Below are positions 1 to 10,973 of a stretch of DNA of 28,184 bases, piece after piece. The stretch is taken from positions 1,456,514 to 1,484,697 of the forward strand of contig JAWQFM010000016.1 in assembly GCA_033442325.1 (NCBI GenBank), read 5' to 3'. The notes beneath the pieces were generated by a model, which ran no database searches, was not told where the DNA came from, and saw nothing but the letters and a program-made list of their open reading frames with translations. The stretch comes from Salpingoeca rosetta (lineage: Eukaryota > Protista > Choanoflagellata). The translations under genes and the position numbers were made by a program. How positions within the stretch are numbered: position 1 is the stretch's first letter; the number at the start of each line of letters is the position of its first letter.

Positions 1-82
<82 letters not shown>

Positions 83-124
83 TGTGTGTGTGTGTGTGTG
101 TGTCTGTCTGTCTGTCTGTCTGTA
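1..124. repeat. (TG)n microsatellite (intronic)
   Basis: Near-perfect TG run that ends in TCTG units. Confidence 0.95.
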
Positions 125-231
125 TGCACTCAGCAACGCTTCCAGTAGCCCCATTGCACTTTGACACACACACACACACACTCACTCACACTCATGCACA
201 CGCACTGACTCACACACACACGCACACGCAG

Positions 232-611
232 GTTGAAGGAGGTGGAGGCGTTGTTGGACGAGGATGTGATTGACTTGCGCGCTCTCCGGCAATTTGCACA
301 CGGCGGTGCGTTCACGATTGCTTACCTGCTGTCCCTAGTCGTCATTTACATTACTTCTGTCTCTGTACATTGGTATTTGTCTCCGCCCCTTGTTGCCTTG
401 GATTTGTTTTGCACATCCCCCCCCCCCTTTACGCTGTCTGATCTCCCACTGTGCTGCTGTGCTCCTGCTGCACCAGGCATTCCTGACCAACCAGGGCTGC
501 GCTCAAAGGTGTGGAAGCTGCTGCTAGGCTACTTGCCACCGGAGAAGGCGCGATGGGAGGAATCACTCGCGAAACAGAGGTAATCCTGAGCACAAGGGAG
601 CATTATTCTCT

Positions 612-646
<35 letters not shown>

Positions 647-1817
647 GTACACGCACGCACACACACACACGCACACACACGCACGCACACACACACACAC
701 ACGCACACACACGCACACACGCACACACGCACACACACACACACACACACACGCACGCACACACTTGTTGCAGGCATCAACACTTACCCTCTTGTTTCTT
801 CGCTCACCCGCACCAGGGAGGTGTATCAGGGCTATCTGTCAACATATGTCAAGTCATCACATGATCTCGATGATGACGAAGACGATTCTGATCCGCTTGG
901 CGCACTCTCTTCCCCATCGTCGTCTGGCAGCAACAGCAGCAAGTGGTCCGTACGTGCGTGTGTCTGTGTGCCTGTGCCTGTGTGTGTGTGTGTGTGTGTC
1001 TGTGTGTGTCACTGTGTGCGATCGTGCGTGTTGTTTTGTACCTCAAGTGTTTCCGGACATGCGCTGCATGCCGCTGTGCATGCGTCACTCGGTGATACCA
1101 CTAGCTGCCACTCACACAACGTCTCTGTCTCTGTCCCTGTCTGTCTGTCTGTCACACACACACACACACATGCACACATACATACACATGCACATGCACA
1201 TGCACATACATACTGTGCCGCTGCCATGATGAACCTGCAGGGACATATTCTTCAAGGAGAACGAGATTTTGTATCAGATTGACATGGACGTGAAGCGACT
1301 CACACCAGAGCTCGCCTTCTATCAGACACAAACGGGACGCCCAAGACGTACGCATGCAAGGCGTGCATGGTTCCTGAGGAATGTAGGAGGGGGGTCTCCA
1401 TGCATGTGCTGCTGCTATGGCTCCAGTGCAGGGGCTGTTGTGTTCGCACGCATACACGCACGTACATACACATCACGTTGTCGATCACACATGGCATCGT
1501 TGTGCACACATGACATTGTCGATCACATCTCACACATACACACACACACTTTACACTTTACACTGCACACGCATGTGCATCATATCCCACACTGCACACA
1601 CGCATGACACGCGTATCGGTTAAAGCCATCCCAAGCCCCTTGCATCTGCGGGTGCAGCGGCAGGTTGCAGAATCCGCGACGTTCAAGGCAGACAGGGATG
1701 GCGTGGTTGCAGCCAGACAGTGAGTCCTCCACACCAACACCGATGACACTCACCCAAGCATACCAGCCACTCACTTGCTTACTTTCCCATACGCGCAAAC
1801 ATACACACATACACGCA

Positions 1818-1879
<62 letters not shown>

Positions 1880-2030
1880 ATGTGCATGAGCAGGAAGAGA
1901 GCGTCGACCCCACCGCCGGTTGAGCCTGCGGGCGATCCGGAAGCCGAGTGCCACTGGGAGGTCATTGAACGCATCCTCTTCGTCTACGCGGTCCTCAACA
2001 CCGCCATTCCATACGTCCAGGTGCACCCTC

Positions 2031-2090
<60 letters not shown>

Positions 2091-3323
2091 GCTGGGGCAG
2101 ATGTGATTGTGTCGTTTTGTGTGCCAGCTCTGTTCCCAACTCATTGCGCCACTGCATTACCACTGCTGCCATCACTGCCGCCGCCAGGGCATGAACGAGA
2201 TCCTTGGCCCGCTGTATTATGTGTTTGCGAGCGACCCTGATCCTGCGTGGCGGGAGTGGAGCGAGGCCGACGCGTTCTTCTGCTTCCTCGCCATCATGGC
2301 GCACGTCAGAGACATCTTTGACCGCGAAAACGACAAGTCCGACTCAGGAGTCAGTGAGTTTGCGCAACAGCCGTGGATTGTCCGCATGTGTATGTGTGTG
2401 TGTGTGTGTGCGTGTGTGTGTGTGTGTGTGTTCATGGATGACATGCCGTGGCGTGCTGGCGCGAGTCTTGCTGTCAATTAGTCTCAGCATGTCCTCGTCC
2501 TTCCATCGTCTGCGCGACAGAGGGAGTCCTGAACCGGCTGGACGGGATGTTGCTGGCCCACATCCCGCACGTGCACATGGCGCTGCACGACATGAACCTC
2601 GACCTCCACTTCTTCGCCTTTCGCTGGATCGCCCTCCTCCTCTCACAGGAGTTCCGCCTGCCTGGTGCGTGCACACGCCACGCGGTGTTGGTGGCGGTGG
2701 CGGTGGTGAAGGCGATGAAGATGGCATGGAAGGTGCAGGTGGCCGTAACAGCGAAGATGACGCCAGCGGTGGCGACCGCTCACGTGTGTACACCCTTGCT
2801 GGGGTTCTTTCTGATTGTGGGCACATTCCCGTGCTCCTTACACGTGTGACTCACGTGTGCATCATGTACGCTTCCCCCCCCCTCCCTCCTCCTCCTCCTC
2901 CCCTCCTCCTCCCCTCCTCCCCCCTGCGCATGTGTACGCGTGCAACCAGATGTGATACGGCTGTGGGATTCCCTGTTTGCGTCGCGCGATATCCTCGACC
3001 GCCTCCTCTGCCTCTGCGTCGCCATGCTCCAGGTGCACACCTTGCAGCGCTACCACCTGTTTGCGAGTTCACTGGTGCGTGGTGCGTCTGCGTGCTGCTC
3101 TTCTCACACGCCTGTTCCCTTTGTGCCCCCTCCCCCCTGCATCTTGTCTGCTCCTCCTCTCCCCCCTCGGTTCTGCTGCCAGCACGTATCTGGGACGTTG
3201 GAGGAGCGAGACTTTGCCACGTGCGTGAAACTGTTGCAGAACTTTCCCCGCGATGTTGATGTTGCCATCATCGTCGAAAAGTCAAACGCTATCGAGGCTG
3301 AGGTTGCGGGAAACGCAAGATAG
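232..3323 (+). CDS. TBC1D13: TBC-domain Rab GTPase-activating protein, TBC1D13-like (5' partial, 10 exons in window)
   Basis: Exons 232-305, 477-579, 817-945, 1241-1347, 1626-1719, 1894-2020, 2188-2353, 2521-2664, 2950-3032 and 3183-3323; all GT-AG and phase-compatible, ending in TAG. Motifs: [22 protein letters not shown]-finger [38 protein letters not shown]-finger [43 protein letters not shown]. Confidence 0.95.
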
Positions 3324-3708
3324 CGTCGTTGGCTCGCCCTTTGTGCCCACCAACCGAACCCCTTCCCCCTCTCAAAAATGCCCCCCTCCCCTCCTCCTCT
3401 TGTCCTCTTCAAGTGCTATTTCCAACAGCGCCGTGTGAATGCATGTTGCTGGTTTCAATGGTCTACACGAAGCAAAATTACAATCACGATCATTCCAATT
3501 GCTCGCCGCAGTTGCCCCGCCTTCAAGCACGGCCAACAAGTCCGCACACAGACACGCGCACGCCCCACAACAGAGCAATACAAGGCAAGACTAACCAACA
3601 GGCAGAGCACAAAAGTCAAACAGGTGCACGGGGAGGTGAGCAGCACATGCACAGCTCACAGACACAACGCCAACACTGCTGCATCACAGCAACGACCGCA
3701 TCGCGACA

Positions 3709-3711
<3 letters not shown>

Positions 3712-3795
<84 letters not shown>
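3712..3795. repeat. (TG)n microsatellite between the convergent TBC1D13 and ZNRD2 3' ends
   Basis: Perfect TG run starting a few nt after the ZNRD2 stop codon. Confidence 0.95.
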
Positions 3796-3796
<1 letters not shown>

Positions 3797-3801
3797 CGGT
3801 G

Positions 3802-5672
3802 CTACTGCTGCAGGAGGGCCTTCATGGCCGCCAGCGCGTGGCCAAGTGCTGCGATGACGTTGCTGACGTCCAGTGTCTCCTGGTACGAACTTGCCCGCTC
3901 CAGCAGCTCCGTCGCCTGCTGCAGCTTGAAGTTGAGGGCCTCGATGGTGACCTGGCACCTGAACCGCATGTGGTTGACGGCAGCACGGGACTGCGCGTCC
4001 ATCGCCGTGGACTCGCCCGTCCCGTCCGCTGCTGCTGTCATCGCCGCCGCATCAAACGTGAACGGAAACGCCTGCTGCTGGTGGTGGTGATGGTGTTGCT
4101 GGTGTGGTTGTTGCTGTTGTTGCTGCTGCTGACGCATGAACAAGTCGGATGGCGCAGCAAACCCCTGCGGAATTGGGGTGCGATGAATGTGAGTGCGTGT
4201 GTGCGCAGAGAATTGGGATGAGCGCTACCATGCAAAAATGCCGCAACGCAGGCACGTAGGCCATGGGGGAGATTGGGCACACAGCAGCCACGCACAATCA
4301 AGCAGCACTGCGCACTTGCCCACTCCATTGCACAGCTGTTCGCTCTGTACCTGAGACATGGGGTTGACCTCGGCGTGGAAGGTCATGGGGGCGCCCTGCG
4401 ACGCAGCCACGTCCGCACTTCGGCTCTCCGCAAACGGGCCTTCCTGCCAACAGGTGGTGTTGACGCGCGGATGACAGGAGCACATGTGAGGACAAGAATG
4501 AGTGAGTAACATCACGTCATAGGGAGAACGAGGTGGGGGAGGGGAAGGACATGAGAACTTGGCACACTTGACAAGCACGCGCACACCAACTAACAGACAC
4601 GCACGCACACCAGCTTACAGATACACACACGCACACCAGCTTACAGATATACACACGCACCCCAAAGCGCTGGCGGAGCGAGTCTGAGAGCTGGCTGGCG
4701 CGTTGGATGGAGGGCGACTGCATGACTGCGCGGCGGCGAGCGCTGCTGGAGGACAGCGTTCGCTGGCGGGCCGCAGATACGGCCGGCGACTGCATGGAGT
4801 AGATGTTGTTGGCGCGCATGCTGGGGCTCGCATGGGGACTGTCGCCGCTGCTGACACGGCGGTGCATCTGCTCGTGCTGTTCGTGATTGTTGTGGTGGTG
4901 ATGCGGGTGGTGCGCGTGGCGTCCATGTGAGCGGCGCCGGCTATCTCGGCTGGTGTTCATCCCGGAGCCGCTTGCGTCCGACTCGTCTGCCAAATCCTCC
5001 TCGTCACCAACGTCGGGCTGTCGCCCAGGAGGTACTGCAGACAGGACTGGCTTCTCATCGCCGGTTCCACCATCCTCTGAAGCAAACAAAGCAACAACAC
5101 GTTCCACCAGATTAACTTGTGAGAGGCGCACAGTGCATGAGCAAGAGAAGGAGGAGAAGGAGGAGAAGGAGGAGAAGGAGGAGAAGGAGGAGAAGGAGGA
5201 GAAGGAGGTGTTGGTGTGCGGTTGCTTGTGCATACACACCCGCTGCTTGTAAACGCTGTGGCTGCTGTTGTGCCTGTGGCTGGTTGCCTTCTGTGGCTGC
5301 CTCCTTCTTCGGTTCGGATGGCTTCTTCTTGTCCTTGTCGATCACGTCACACTTGACACAAATAGTCTTGGACTTGTCACGGGTTCGCATGTGTACAGTC
5401 TGTGTGTGGGTGGGGTGGCAGGGCAAGTGTTGCGCTTGTGAATTCGCAAGTTCTGACAGCTCAAGCACACACGCGAACGACGCCCAAACACATGCACATG
5501 CACGTGAATGTGCACACACTCACATGCATACACATACGCACATGCGCCCGCACACGGCACACACATGTGCAACACTGCCACTTACGTTGCAGGTTGGGCA
5601 GTGGGTGCCCATCATGCAGTAGCCCTGGAGCAGGTACTGCCCCAACAACGCAGAAACATCCTGTGAACTCAT
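3802..5672 (-). CDS. ZNRD2: ZNRD2/SSSCA1 (autoantigen p27) family zinc-ribbon protein, about 372 aa
   Basis: Exons (-) 5672-5586, 5399-5240, 5076-4661, 4443-4351 and 4164-3802, phases consistent. The N-terminus MSSQDVSALLGQYLLQGYCMMGTHCPTCN|TVHMRTRDKSKTICVKC carries the family's LLxGY-M...CxxC...CxxC ribbon. The C-terminal helix LNFKLQQATELLERASSYQETLDVSNVIAALGHALAAMK resembles the SSSCA1 C-terminus. Confidence 0.85.
4581..4660. repeat. 24-26 bp tandem repeat, 3 copies, in a ZNRD2 intron
   Basis: GCACACCAGCTTACAGATACACACAC-type units. Confidence 0.85.
5145..5208. repeat. (GAGAAGGAG)n 9-bp repeat in a ZNRD2 intron (pyrimidine tract on the sense strand)
   Basis: About 7 perfect copies. Confidence 0.9.
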
Positions 5673-5832
5673 GGCGAGGGGGTGGTTGGTTGGTTGACGT
5701 TGCCGTGCGTGGTTTGGCAAGCGTGATTGCGGAAATTCTGAGGTAAACATTCACCAATCGCCAAGAAACACACTGCAGCTGAAGCAAGAACAGCAAAGAC
5801 GCAACTACAACTGCGACGAGCAATCAGCACCA
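5673..5832. promoter_or_regulatory. Short divergent (bidirectional) promoter region between ZNRD2 and MIF
   Basis: 160 bp separate ATG 5672 (-) and ATG 5833 (+). The stretch has no dinucleotide microsatellites and contains a CCAAT near 5754. Confidence 0.6.
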
Positions 5833-6647
5833 ATGCCGCTGCTTGAGCTCCACACCAACGTGAACCGGCCAGAGAATGTGGCCGCAATCGTGGAAGGGCT
5901 TTCGGCCCTTCTTGCGGAAGCAACTGGAAAGCCCCTGCAGGTGGTGACGGTGCTGATGTGTGGGTGGGTGGGGGGGGTTTGGCTTGTTTGTTTGTTGGGT
6001 TGTTTGTGTGTGTGTATGTGTGTGTGTATGTGTGTGTGTGTGTGTGTCTGTGTGTGTGTATGTGTGTATGTATGTGTGTGCGTGTGTGCGTGTGTGTGTG
6101 TGTGTCTGTGTGTGTGTGTGTGTCTGTCTGTCTGTCTGTGTGTCTCTGTGTGTGTGTGTGTCTGTCTGTCTGTCTGTGTGTGTGTGTGTCTGTGTGTGTG
6201 TCTGTGTGTGTGCTTTCTGTTGGTGTTGCAGTGATTGCCTATGGATTGCAGTGTTTGCTTTTGTTTTGATTGTTTGTTTGTGCTCACCCTGCATCGCGCC
6301 TCTGCTTTGCAGTACATTATGGTGAGGACGTCCTTTGATGAGGCAATGGCCATGGGCGGCACCACGGCCCCGGCAGGTATGGTTTGCTTGTTGTGTGTGA
6401 TTTCTTGCTTTGGCATTGTTGTCTCGTGTCTGTTGTGATGCCTGCGGTCGCTTTCCTTGAGATTTTCGTGCAGTGATGCAGTAGTTCCACAACATTTTTT
6501 GTTCACACCCTCCTACCGACCACCGCACGCAGCCTTCCTTCGTCTGTCATCGATTGGCAAGATTGGACACAATGAGAACAAAGGCTACTCGGCCAAGATT
6601 TGCAAATTCCTCACCGAGCACCTGGGGTTCGTTGTGTGTGTGTGTGC

Positions 6648-6694
<47 letters not shown>

Positions 6695-7124
6695 TTCGTT
6701 TGTGCGTGTGTTTGTTTGTTCGGTTGTTTGTTTGTTTGTTTGTTTGTTTGTTTGTGCGTGCGTGCGTGTTTGTTTGATTGTTTGTTCGTTTGTTTGTTTG
6801 TTTGCGTGTCCGTTCGTGCATCAGCACCCACGCTTACATTGTCTTCACTTCCGCTGTGTGCGGCGCCTGCTGCTCTGCCCCACTGGCAGAATCGAGGCGG
6901 ATCGGTGAGTTGCCGTGCTGCCACGCTGCGATGTGTTTGGTGTTGAGGTTGCGAGAATGAGTGGACAACACACTTGCGAGTTGGCCCACGAGCTCACTGG
7001 TCAGCTGCCACTTGCGTTGACCTCCTCTCTTGTGTGGTGACACGCCATCCAACCCAGGGTCTACATCAACTTCGTGGACGTATCCCGTGCCAACTGGGGA
7101 TACAACGGCGGTACATTCGCCTGA
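5833..7124 (+). CDS. MIF: Macrophage migration inhibitory factor / tautomerase family protein, 115 aa
   Basis: Exons 5833-5940, 6313-6376, 6533-6626, 6890-6904 and 7058-7124 total 348 nt. Protein: MPLLELHTNVNRPENVAAIVEGLSALLAEATGKPLQYIMVRTSFDEAMAMGGTTAPAAFLRLSSIGKIGHNENKGYSAKICKFLTEHLGIEADRVYINFVDVSRANWGYNGGTFA*. It has the catalytic Pro1 and the TGKP, SIGKIG and RVYIN motifs. Confidence 0.96.
6000..6212. repeat. Compound (TG)n/(TCTG)n microsatellite, MIF intron 1
   Basis: Visible directly in the sequence. Confidence 0.9.
6634..6803. repeat. (TG)n followed by (TTTG)n, MIF intron 3
   Basis: Visible directly in the sequence. Confidence 0.9.
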
Positions 7125-7260
7125 GCAGCGGCCGCATCTTGCTGGCCAGAGGCCAACGTTACCGACTGCCTCGGTGCTGTGCATGTTACTCCGCATTAAG
7201 GGGAAGGGGCCATGTGTGTGCATGGAAGTAAACGCGTTGAGATGACACGATGTCAGCCAG

Positions 7261-7296
<36 letters not shown>

Positions 7297-7509
7297 GCAA
7301 AGCAACGCTGAAGACAAGCAACAAGAGAGAAACAAGAGAGGGGGAGATGAGCCAACACACGCCGCCGCCTCTTCACCCGCCAAGCAAGCAAAGAAGAGAA
7401 GAAGAAGAGGTAAACCGAACCAAGCCAAAGCAACAAGAGAAGGGAGAAGAGGGAAGTGAAGGAGAGACAGCAAGCGCCACAGCAGCCAGCCACATGGAGA
7501 GAGAGAGAG

Positions 7510-7519
7510 AAAAAAAAAA
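7510..7519 (-). terminator. RNA polymerase III oligo-T terminator of the 5S gene
   Basis: A10 on the + strand (T10 on the - strand) lies 5 nt past the 5S 3' end. Confidence 0.85.
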
Positions 7520-7524
7520 GGAGG

Positions 7525-7644
7525 AGAGCAACATCACCCGTGATTCCCGCCTGGTCACCCACGGCAGTACTGAACGGGCCCAAACGGGCTTAGCTTCCGC
7601 GATCGGACGAGAGCGGGCGTGATCCCGTTGGTATGAACGTTGCC
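7525..7644 (-). rRNA. RNA5S: 5S ribosomal RNA gene (single copy)
   Basis: The reverse strand reads GGCAACGTTCATACCAACGGGATCACGCCCGCTCTCGTCCGATCGCGGAAGCTAAGCCCGTTTGGGCCCGTTCAGTACTGCCGTGGGTGACCAGGCGGGAATCACGGGTGATGTTGCTCT (120 nt). It has the 5S landmarks CATACC, TCTCGTCCGATC, GAAGCTAAGC (A box), AGTA and GGGAAT, and all five helices can pair. Confidence 0.95.
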
Positions 7645-7664
7645 GACAGCGGAGCAAAACAAGC

Positions 7665-7674
7665 AATTTATCAA
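7665..7674 (-). promoter_or_regulatory. TATA-like element upstream of the 5S gene
   Basis: TTGATAAATT on the - strand at about -30 to -21 from the 5S start, an AT-rich island in GC-rich flanks. Confidence 0.4.
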
Positions 7675-10600
7675 GGCAGAGCAAGCCAGCAAGAAAAGAA
7701 GTGGAGGAAGTGGAAAACCGCACACACACCCCAAAAAACCAGAGCAAGCAGAAACGAGCAAACAACCGATTCTACTTTCCAACCAACAATCCACTCGCCG
7801 TTGCTTCATTCTTCTTCTGCGCAGCAGCTGGTGTGATGGTGTGTGATGGTGGTGGGAATGGTGATGGTGATCATGGTCGTCGTCGCTGCTGCTGACAGGC
7901 AGGTGAGATGAGTTGAGGTGTGGTGAGATGAGGTGAGGTGATGTGATGTGAGATGAGGGAATGTGTCATTGGTTCGTGCACACGCACACACATTGGTTGT
8001 TGTGCGTGCCACGTTCCTTCCTTCCTTTCCCTTCCTTCCTTCCCTTCATCGTCCTTCTCGCTGACGCATTCACACACACACATGTGCAGGGAGGGTGTGC
8101 GCACCGTCTCTCCCCCCTTCTCCTCCCTTTCTCCCTTTCATCCATCCATCCTTCCATCGTTGTCCATTTCCTTCTCCTGTGATGCACCACGCACAACCAA
8201 CCAACCAACCAACCAACCAACGACCACATGAATGACCCATCCATTGACAGGTGAGGGTGAGATTGAGTGCACCCAGTTCTTCCTCCCACTCCGTGCTCCT
8301 CCTCTTCTCCTTCTTCTCCTTGCACACAGCGCACAGCAACAACCAACACCACCACCATCAACAACACCAGCAGCGCACGCTGTCATCGTGTACACACAGC
8401 CACGCACACACACTTATGTGGACCATCATCCATCCGTGCATGGGTGGTTGGATCACAACCAACACACCACTGCGTGTGGCACTCACAAATGCACACTCAC
8501 ACACACACACTCACTTGCTCACCGTTGTGTGGTGACAGAACAGTTGCCATCAGCCACCGTCATACAGCAGGCGACCCTGAGAATGGATTATGCTTCCTCT
8601 CAACCAGTGAGCAGCACACACATGTGAGAGAGGGGGAAATGGCATCAACCAACATCACAGCCAATGTATGTGTGTGTGTGTGTGCACGGGGTTGCGTTCC
8701 TTCTCATCCTCCTCCTCCTTTCTCCTCCTTTCTCCTCCTCTCTGTCTGTTTCACGCTGCTCACTGCTGCTGTTGTTTGCTTGTTTGTTTGTGGTGGTGCG
8801 TGTAGATGGGTTGATTCCATCATCATCATCAGCAGCAGCAGCAGGTGCTGGCTGATGCGTGAAGCAGTGAGTAGCCCCCACCAACCAAGCAACCAACCAA
8901 CAAATGACTACATGCTGACGGATGCATGGTGATCGAACCACTGCATCACCCAGACAGGTGGGCATGTGTGTGTGTGTCTGTGTCGACGTGCATGTTCTCT
9001 TCTCCACCACCCACACGCCATCATCACCGCCTCCTCATTTTCTTGTGTGTTTGCTCACATCCTTCCCTTCCCACTCTCAACACCAACACCAATACCACTG
9101 CCCTTCATCCTTGTTTCTCCCGCCTTCTGCTGCTGTCGCCGCACAGCGGGGCCTTTAGCCACCAGCTGTCACCCCCCTCCACCAGCCACCGCTGCTCTGG
9201 TGGGATGAACAGACGGGCGCTGCCATGCGATGATCATCCAGCCACGCTGTATGCGGCTGTGGAAACAGCAACACCAACACACACCACACCACAAACAAGC
9301 AAGCGATGAGCAACGTGAGTGCATCACTGCTCGTGCGCATGCGTGTGTATGCTGCGCACCGCACCAGTGTGCGTGTCTGTGATCGTTGTCTCTGCTGCTC
9401 CTGTCTCCCCTTGTTGTCCCACATCAATGTGCATGCATGTGTGTGGTGCGGCTGCCTGTTTTGCCTTGCTTGACGCAGCGTCTCATTCTTCGTTCACACA
9501 CACGACTGCCTGCACACCTGCACATTCCACCTTGCAGCCGCTGCTTATATTCCCCTCTCTTTCTCGCCCTCTCTGGCAGCCATTGCCCCTCTTGACCAAC
9601 AACAGCAGCAGCCAACACACCCTCCACCGCCGATGCAGCAGCAGCACAGAATGCACCACCACCACCGCTTGCTGCTGAACACATCCCCCAACCAACCAAC
9701 CCATCGCCCACTGCTGCTGCTGCTGCTGGAAGCTGGCTGTTTGCAGCTGGGAACAGGTGGCGACAGCACAAGTTGCATTTTCGGCGGGAAGCAGCAGAGG
9801 TGTGAGGGAAGGCGAAGATAAGAAGAGGGGAAAGGGAGAGGACATGTGTGTTGGATGGATGGATGGGATGAGGTGAGGTGGGGTGGGGGATGCTGGATGA
9901 ATGTGGTGTGGTGTGGTGTGGCTAGCCGGCTGATGGCAGAGGACGATGGTGTGTGGTGGTGTGAGGAAGAGGGATGGATGGATGGATGGGGATGCAGCAT
10001 GTCTTGTTCCTTCCCTTCTGTTGTCTGTTTTCTCTCTCCTCCCTTTCTCCTCCTTCACACACATGCACGCAAAGCATCTGCAGCAGTGGCAGTAGCAGTG
10101 TGACTGCGCACATGTCACTGCTCCCTCTTGCCCCTCACTCACTCACCACGCTGGTGCTCGCACACAACCACACTCACAGGCGATGCGCACGCACAAGCAG
10201 CAGGATGAGGGAAATGTCGAGGCTACTTGTCACGCGTGCCAGCTGCACTCGCCTCACACATGGTATGTGGGTGGTGATGAGTGGTTGGCTGGTTGGTTGT
10301 GTGATGGGGCTGTGATGGTGATGGGGTGTAATGAAGTGAACAAGGGACGAGGGTTGATGGGGGGGTTGATGGACACACACATCGACACACACGCACACGT
10401 GTGAATGTGGTGTCAGTCACTCGTTCTGCTGTGCTGACGTGATGGCTTACTCTGTGCCTGTTGTGTTCTGTTCCATCCACGTTCCCTGCAACCACGCACA
10501 AACACGCACACATGCACAGGTGGTGAGGTATCAGCACACATCAGGATGGTAGTGATGGAAGCGGGCTCGCATGCCGGCTGCTGCGGCTGCAACTCCCCCG

Positions 10601-10932
10601 ATTCGGCTGCCGTTGCTGTGCTCATGCAGTGTTCCCACATGTGAGCAAGGTGAGCCCATCATGGATGTTTTAGTTGGCACATGGCGCATGTGTTGGTGTT
10701 GCTGCTCTGGGTGTGCTTGTTGTTGCTGCTGCTGTTGTATCTCGTAGCAGTGTCGCTGTGCAACTCACATGTCATGTGTGTGTGTGTATGCAGGGGATGG
10801 CTGCCTGAGGATCGTTGGAGGATGATGGGCGGGTGCACACATGATGGATTGGGAGGAGCAGCTGTGGACACACACGTCCATGGTCATGGTGGGCACATCC
10901 AACCACAGCGACGCAGCTATGCGCAGGTGTGT

Positions 10933-10973
<41 letters not shown>

